This document shows, one piece after another, positions 58,353 through 64,000 of a stretch of DNA of 64,000 nucleotides. The DNA is from Bdellovibrio sp. (GTDB lineage Bacteria > Bdellovibrionota > Bdellovibrionia > Bdellovibrionales > Bdellovibrionaceae). The translations under genes and the position numbers were made by a program. Position 1 is the first letter of the stretch. Each line of letters opens with the position of its first letter. The DNA is taken from NCBI GenBank assembly GCA_036677065.1, contig JAKFBS010000004.1, positions 256,001 to 320,000 of the forward strand, in the 5' to 3' direction. The notes under the pieces were generated by a model. It saw only the letters and a list, made by a program, of their open reading frames with translations. It was not told where the DNA came from and did not search any database.

Positions 58353-59068
58353 AAATCCTCTTTTAAAGTTTTAAAATTAGAATATTTTGTGACCAGTTTT
58401 GGATGCATGTTAAAAACAGCTAACATTGAAGCCTGCATAGTTTCATCAGGCTCAAGATTGGCTTCTGGAATTAAAGCGCACACCTCAAATAATAAACGAT
58501 CTAAGAATTTGATCCAGTCTGAACCCATAACTCCAGGAAATTTATGTTTGCTCATTTCAGAAAATAAATCTGTCGCGATCGGTAGATCAGGATGAGCAAA
58601 AACATTTAAGCCAAGACCTACGATAATACGGTGTTGATTACCTTGAGTGACTGTTTCAACTAAAAGACCTGCGATTTTTTTATCGTCGATATATAAATCA
58701 TTCGGCGCTTTTAAATTCCAGTTTAAAAATGGCCATGTAGCACGGGCTGCGTGAAACAATCCAAGACCAATCATTGAGGTGATGTACGGAGTTGGAATAA
58801 CCGGAGATTGAAAAGACCAGCTTGATAACAAACTAGAACCTACCGGAGGAGTCGCCCAGATGTTGCTTCCGCGACCGCGGCCTTGAGTTTGTTCATCAGT
58901 TACATAAAGTTGAATGGCATCAAGCCCGTTGAAAGCATCTTCTTTAGCATCATCATTTGTGCTTTCGGTGCTTTTTGTATAGTCGCAAGAAATGTTATGC
59001 ATTTCTGCCCATGACGCTGTAATTACGCCGATCTTGATGTCGTTTAATGGTGATTCTTGTGTAGTCAT
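58343..59068 (-). CDS. birA: Biotin--protein ligase (group I, no HTH)
   Basis: ESTND, QTQGRGRGSNIW, KAPNDL and KIAGLLVE motifs; ATG at 59068 chosen. Confidence 0.9.
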   Translation of the reverse strand: MTTQESPLNDIKIGVITASWAEMHNISCDYTKSTESTNDDAKEDAFNGLDAIQLYVTDEQTQGRGRGSNIWATPPVGSSLLSSWSFQSPVIPTPYITSMIGLGLFHAARATWPFLNWNLKAPNDLYIDDKKIAGLLVETVTQGNQHRIIVGLGLNVFAHPDLPIATDLFSEMSKHKFPGVMGSDWIKFLDRLLFEVCALIPEANLEPDETMQASMLAVFNMHPKLVTKYSNFKTLKEDLWR

Positions 59069-59069
59069 A

Positions 59070-59891
59070 TTATCCCCAGTCAAATAGAAGACTGACATCA
59101 GCACAAGGAGCCGAATGGGTCAAGGCGCCGACCGAAATGAAATCAATACCGATGGCCGCTACGCCGCCAACGCGCTCTAAATTCATGTTGCCGCTGGCTT
59201 CGGTTTTTACGAAATCAGGCACAAGTTTACGCGCTTCGGTTAACATCTCATTATTCATATTATCTAATAAAATACGGTCTACACGAAGGCCAATGGCCTC
59301 TTTAACTTGTTCTAATGTAGAAGCTTCAACTTCAATAGGTAAGTTTGTGTGCTGACGGGTGCGAGTCACGGCTTGGGTAATGCCACCCATCAGCGTGATG
59401 TGATTATCTTTGATTAGAATGGCATCAGATAAATTAAAACGGTGATTTTGCCCGCCGCCATGAACGACCGCACGTTTTTCTAATTCACGAAATAGGGGAG
59501 TCGTTTTACGCGTGTCTAAGATTTTACAGCGAGTACCTTGCACAGCCGTAACATACTTACGAGTTAACGTGGCAATGCCAGAAAGTAATCCTAAGAAATT
59601 TAAAGCTACGCGTTCGGCTTTTAACACTTGAATTAAATCGCCTTCGATTGAACAAATTGTTTGCCCGCTATAAACCAAATCACCCTCTTCAAAAAGCCAT
59701 TTAATTTTAACACTTGGCTCTAGAAACAAAAGTGTTTGTTCAAACGCTGTTGAACCAGAAAGCACAAGGTCAGCTTTCGCTTTTAAGATGGCTTCGCCTT
59801 GTTTTGGTTTTACCGCTAAGGATTCTGTCGTGATATCGCCAAAAGGCATATCCTCTTTAAGGGCTTCTTTGATTAGATCATGGATTGTCAT
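59070..59891 (-). CDS. nadC: Quinolinate phosphoribosyltransferase
   Basis: DTRKTTP, HRFNLSD, IKDNH, LLDNM and EASG motifs. Confidence 0.96.
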   Translation of the reverse strand: MTIHDLIKEALKEDMPFGDITTESLAVKPKQGEAILKAKADLVLSGSTAFEQTLLFLEPSVKIKWLFEEGDLVYSGQTICSIEGDLIQVLKAERVALNFLGLLSGIATLTRKYVTAVQGTRCKILDTRKTTPLFRELEKRAVVHGGGQNHRFNLSDAILIKDNHITLMGGITQAVTRTRQHTNLPIEVEASTLEQVKEAIGLRVDRILLDNMNNEMLTEARKLVPDFVKTEASGNMNLERVGGVAAIGIDFISVGALTHSAPCADVSLLFDWG

Positions 59892-59924
59892 GTGTTATCC
59901 GTTTCAGTTATCGATGTAACTTCG

Positions 59925-60857
59925 TTACACTGATTTTTCAATATCGGTTAGGAGTTTTTTTAGTTCTTCCCTGACAATTTTCTCTGTGATTTCGGGAATA
60001 ATCTGCCAACAGATTTTCTCCGCCATCGAGCGCACTTCTTCGCGCACGAGCTGTTCATCGAAACGGGTTAAGGGTTTACCTTTACCGCCGTCGCTTGAAT
60101 TTTGAATTTTATTTAATGCTACCGGAGAGCTTTCAAGATAGTTTTTCAACTGGCCCTGAATTTTTGTTTCCAGCTCGTCTTCTTTATCACTTTTAACCAA
60201 AACCACTTCTTCAAATTCGCCGAAATTTTCGGTTTCGATCTGAATATCGTTAGATGGGTCATACTCTTCGGTGATGGTATGAACCGCAGGTTTGTTTTTA
60301 GTTGGTGCAGGCTTATGTTTAGTGGCCACCGGTTTCAAATCTAAAGGTTGAAAATCTTCAAGATCGTCATCGATCACTAACGAATCATTTTGGGCTTGGT
60401 TTTGTAAACGATGGCGAACCATAGTTTCAGACTCTTCAAAATCCGGAAGCGTTGGAAAATCTAATAAACCCTTTAATGGGTGAGTGTCAGTTTTTTTAAT
60501 TAGGCGATTAACGACATCACGTAAACCTTCTGTATCAAAAGGCTTTTCTAAGCGGCCATTGGCCCCAGCTTTTTGCGCAAGCTTTTCATCAAATTCCATA
60601 AAGCTACTCCACATAAGAACCACGGGAATATTTTTTAACTGAGGATGGGCTTTGATATCGCCGCACACTTCGTAGCCGTTACGTTTTGTTAAAAGAATGT
60701 CGGCAAAGATAAGCTCTGGACGAAAATCTAGCGCCACTGAAATCACATCGATTCCAGAGGGAACACTTTTTACTTCGATACCGTAATCAGAAAGTGCTAA
60801 TTGCAGAACTTTCTTAATGGTCGAGCTTTCATCAGCTAATAAGACGCGTAAGGCCAT
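59925..60857 (-). CDS. romR: RomR-like response regulator
   Basis: N-terminal REC domain (start MALRVLLADE), acidic linker, C-terminal EKICWQIIPEITEKIVREEL matching the RomR C-region. Confidence 0.8.
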   Translation of the reverse strand: MALRVLLADESSTIKKVLQLALSDYGIEVKSVPSGIDVISVALDFRPELIFADILLTKRNGYEVCGDIKAHPQLKNIPVVLMWSSFMEFDEKLAQKAGANGRLEKPFDTEGLRDVVNRLIKKTDTHPLKGLLDFPTLPDFEESETMVRHRLQNQAQNDSLVIDDDLEDFQPLDLKPVATKHKPAPTKNKPAVHTITEEYDPSNDIQIETENFGEFEEVVLVKSDKEDELETKIQGQLKNYLESSPVALNKIQNSSDGGKGKPLTRFDEQLVREEVRSMAEKICWQIIPEITEKIVREELKKLLTDIEKSV

Positions 60858-60922
60858 GACTAAAGTACATATCACAATACCGCTTGAGTCAAGAGTAAGG
60901 CACAATTAAATTCGAGGAACAT

Positions 60923-62002
60923 ATGAGTCGTGTAGATCGCTATATTCTAAGTCTTTTTTGGGTGTCCTTTGCCGCAGGTTTAGTGATCTTTGTGACTTTG
61001 TTTTTAGCAACAGATGTGATGAGTAATGTTTTGCGCTTCAAGTCTGTCGATACTGGGGTTTTTCTAAGCTACTATGGTTATTTTTTGCCTGAAATTATTC
61101 ACAAAATGTTGCCGGTGGCCTCTGTTGTCGGGCTTGTATTAACAATTTCATCATTGAATAAAGGTTCAGAGCTCATTGCGTTATTTGCATCGGGTTTAAG
61201 TTTATTTCGGATCTCGCGTTGGATATTTATTTCGCTTTTAGTTGTCGGAATGATTGATTACGTGGCCAGTGATCGGTTGCTGCCGATGTTTACCAAACAG
61301 AAGAACTTCACTTTTTATAATTTCATTGAACAAAAGCCTTCGAAGTTTCAAACCATCAAAACAGATAAGATTTGGTACCGTTCGCGCAACACGATTTTTA
61401 ATATTAAAACTCTGAATGCTGAAGGAAATGTAGCCCAAGGTTTAACACTTTATTTTTTTGATGAAGCTTGGAATTTGAAACAACTTTTAACTGCAGAATC
61501 CGTTGTCTTAGAAGGTTCAAAATGGCTCTTACAAAATGGTTCGATATCGGTTTTTAGTTCTGAATCAAGTTTTCCGCTGAATGATAAATTTGAGCAAAAA
61601 ACAATCGTGATGGCCGAAGATGCTCAGGATTTACGAAGTACAGGGCAAACTTCAGATCTTTTATCGCACAGTGAACTTTCGCGTTATATTTCAAAAAACA
61701 AAGAAGCCGGCCTTGATACGGTTAAATACGAAGTCGATTACTTTTCAAAACTAAGCTTTGCCTTGGCGGGCTTGGTGATGAGTCTATTGGCATTGCCATT
61801 TTGCGTGGGGCAGGCGCGCGGTGGCGGTATGGCTAAAAACGCAGGGATTGTGCTTGGATTAGTGGTGGGCTATTGGATTGCTTATAGCTCAATGCAGACG
61901 ATGGGATATCATGGTACGGTTCCGCCCTTTGTGGCTGCCTGGGGATCGAACATTGTGATGACCGGTTTTGGGGTCTTCTTTCTCTTGCGTCTGAAAAAAT
62001 AA
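60923..62002 (+). CDS. lptG: LPS export ABC transporter permease (LptF/LptG family)
   Basis: DRYI, SELIALFASGLS and PPFVAAW motifs; six TM helices plus a periplasmic domain. Confidence 0.85.
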   Translation: MSRVDRYILSLFWVSFAAGLVIFVTLFLATDVMSNVLRFKSVDTGVFLSYYGYFLPEIIHKMLPVASVVGLVLTISSLNKGSELIALFASGLSLFRISRWIFISLLVVGMIDYVASDRLLPMFTKQKNFTFYNFIEQKPSKFQTIKTDKIWYRSRNTIFNIKTLNAEGNVAQGLTLYFFDEAWNLKQLLTAESVVLEGSKWLLQNGSISVFSSESSFPLNDKFEQKTIVMAEDAQDLRSTGQTSDLLSHSELSRYISKNKEAGLDTVKYEVDYFSKLSFALAGLVMSLLALPFCVGQARGGGMAKNAGIVLGLVVGYWIAYSSMQTMGYHGTVPPFVAAWGSNIVMTGFGVFFLLRLKK

Positions 62003-62041
62003 TTTAATACTCTCTGCCTTGCTGAAAGCGAGCATTAACAG

Positions 62042-62656
62042 ATGGCTAAACTTGAAATTTTAACATATCCAAATCCATTACTCCGCGAGGTTTCTCAACC
62101 TGTTAAGGAGTTCACTCCTGAAGTAGTGAGCAAACTAAAAAAATTAGCCGAAGACATGCTTGAAACAATGTATGATGCCAATGGCATCGGTTTAGCGGCT
62201 CCACAAGTTGGTGAATTAGTTCGCATGCTTGTTATTGATTGCCGTCCAAAAGGTGATTCTGGCCGCTACGAAATCGGCGATATGACTGAGCTTGAACAAG
62301 GTGTTACACAGCCACTAGTTTTAATTAATCCTGTTATTGTTAAAGGTGAAGGTAAAACAACTTTTGATGAAGGTTGTTTGTCTGTGCCTAGTTTTTTTGA
62401 AACGGTTGAACGTTTTGAAAAAGTCGAAGTGCAGGCTTTTGATGTAAACGGTAAAGAAGTTCGTTTTACGACAGATGGTTTATTAGCGATTGTTATTCAA
62501 CATGAGATGGATCATTTAGAAGGCACACTTTTTATTGATCACATCAGCTTTACAAAAAGTAATAAAATTAAAAATACGATCAAAAAAAGTGGCTATCCGA
62601 CAAAAGAAGAAATAGCTGAAGCACGTGATCGCAAGAAAGAGCCTGTTAAGTCATGA
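62042..62656 (+). CDS. def: Peptide deformylase
   Basis: GIGLAAPQ, EGCLS and QHEMDH motifs. Confidence 0.97.
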   Translation: MAKLEILTYPNPLLREVSQPVKEFTPEVVSKLKKLAEDMLETMYDANGIGLAAPQVGELVRMLVIDCRPKGDSGRYEIGDMTELEQGVTQPLVLINPVIVKGEGKTTFDEGCLSVPSFFETVERFEKVEVQAFDVNGKEVRFTTDGLLAIVIQHEMDHLEGTLFIDHISFTKSNKIKNTIKKSGYPTKEEIAEARDRKKEPVKS

Positions 62657-63603
62657 GCGTCGTAAGAGTTTGTTTTCTTGGCACGCCAGATTTTGCAGCC
62701 AAACATTTACAAACTTTATTAAATGATGATCACTACTTGGTTGTGGGTGTGGTTACCCAACCTGATCGGCCAAGTGGCCGAAAAATGCAGCTAACACCAT
62801 CGCCGGTTAAAGAATTAGCTTTAAAAAATAATTTACCAGTACTTACTCCTGAAAATTTACGCAAAGAACCCGAAGTGTTTGAACAGATTAAATCCTGGCA
62901 AGCCGAAGTGGCTGTTGTCGTAGCTTTCGGGCAAATTTTATCGCAAGATTTTTTAGACAGTTTTGCTTTTGGCGCCGTGAATGTGCATGGCAGCTTGCTG
63001 CCTTTGTGGCGTGGGGCTGCTCCGATACAGCGATCAATTGAGGCCGGAGACACTGTCACTGGTGTGTGTTTGCAGCGTATGGTTAAACAATTAGATGCAG
63101 GCCCTGTGATCGGTGAACGCCGGGTAAAATTAGATTCAGAAATTAATGCGACTCAGCTTTATGATCGTTTAGCCGTTCTTGGCTGTGAATTATTACATGT
63201 AGAATTGATGGATTATGTTCGTGGTAATTTAGTACCTATTCCACAAGACGAATCGTTAGTGACGATAGCACCGAAAATTGCCAAAGAAGAAGCCCAGCTT
63301 GATCTGGTTCATAAATCAGCTGAATGTGTGCATAATAAAATTCGCGCGTTTTCAATGGGCCCGGGTACATTTGTAAACTTTCAGGGTAAACGTTTAAAAA
63401 TTCACAAAACCAAAGTTGAATCGCAAACTTCTTCTGTTATGGCTGGAGAAGTGGCCGTAGTGAATGATCAAGAGCTTCTGATTCAAACGGCCAAAGGGCA
63501 GTTGTCTTTGTTAGAAGTGCAACCTGAATCAAAAAACCGTATGCCTATTGCTGATTTTTTAAAATCGAACACTTTAGTTAAAGGACAAAAAATCAATGAG
63601 TAA
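62653..63603 (+). CDS. fmt: Methionyl-tRNA formyltransferase
   Basis: GTPDFA, TQPDRP and NVHGSLLP.WRGAAPIQ motifs. Confidence 0.97.
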   Translation: MSVVRVCFLGTPDFAAKHLQTLLNDDHYLVVGVVTQPDRPSGRKMQLTPSPVKELALKNNLPVLTPENLRKEPEVFEQIKSWQAEVAVVVAFGQILSQDFLDSFAFGAVNVHGSLLPLWRGAAPIQRSIEAGDTVTGVCLQRMVKQLDAGPVIGERRVKLDSEINATQLYDRLAVLGCELLHVELMDYVRGNLVPIPQDESLVTIAPKIAKEEAQLDLVHKSAECVHNKIRAFSMGPGTFVNFQGKRLKIHKTKVESQTSSVMAGEVAVVNDQELLIQTAKGQLSLLEVQPESKNRMPIADFLKSNTLVKGQKINE

Positions 63604-64000
63604 AAAACTAATCGCACCTAGTTTATTGTCTTCTGATTTTGCGGATTTAAAAACCGAGATCGCTAAAGTCACTGAAGCGGGTGCGCACTTACTTCATGTT
63701 GATGTAATGGATGGGCACTTTGTGCCGAATTTAACGATCGGTATGCCTGTCGTTAAAGCCATTAAAGGGGCCTCAAAACTTCCGCTTGATGTGCATTTGA
63801 TGATTGATAGCCCTGAAAAATATATCGAAGAATTTGCCAAAGCTGGTTCTGATTATTTAACAATTCATGTCGAATCAACGGCGACAGTTAAAGACTGTTT
63901 ACTGCAGATTCGTAAACTTAAGATGAAGCCAGGCATTACATTGCGTCCAAAAACCAAACTAGATGAAATTAAGCCCTTTTTAGCACTGGTAGATTTAGTT
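63596..64000 (+). CDS. rpe: Ribulose-phosphate 3-epimerase; partial, runs off window end
   Basis: Not in the ORF track. MSKKLIAPSLLSSDF...HVDVMDGHFVPNLTIG...DVHLM. Confidence 0.95.
   Translation, partial: MSKKLIAPSLLSSDFADLKTEIAKVTEAGAHLLHVDVMDGHFVPNLTIGMPVVKAIKGASKLPLDVHLMIDSPEKYIEEFAKAGSDYLTIHVESTATVKDCLLQIRKLKMKPGITLRPKTKLDEIKPFLALVDLV

Noticed and set aside
1559..63059. Numerous short ORFs nested antisense or out of frame within confident genes
   Set aside because: No RBS or motifs, and fully overlapped by well-supported CDSs.

Overview
Chromosomal segment of an AT-rich bacterium, very probably a Bdellovibrionota predator (Bdellovibrio/Pseudobdellovibrio-like). This assignment is inferred from a RomR-type regulator, a bacterial topoisomerase VI pair, FQNC-type lipoboxes, and many secreted proteins behind sigma28- and sigma54-like promoters. 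Housekeeping genes are serA, a D-2-hydroxyacid dehydrogenase, grxD/bolA, top6B/top6A, aconitase, pstS, nadC/birA, lptG, def-fmt-rpe and tRNA-Arg(TCT). They are interleaved with accessory genes for exported proteins. Main observations: (1) three integrase-free 1-1.8 kb cassettes, each flanked by a direct duplication of the 3' end of the neighbouring gene (12, 38 and 20 bp); (2) an 8-gene heme-c/beta-barrel/Tat-DUF1501/lipoprotein/YceI cluster; (3) a TPR gene split by one in-frame TGA at the head of a sigma28-type surface-protein operon; (4) candidate secreted effectors (ART-like, kinase-like, glycine-zipper plus small membrane partner, TIMP-like); (5) an arginase-olsB pair divergent from pstS; (6) a mirror-symmetric bidirectional promoter predicting two leaderless mRNAs. 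No CRISPR array, rRNA, transposase or integrase was seen. All family calls come from motif recognition by eye, not database searches.
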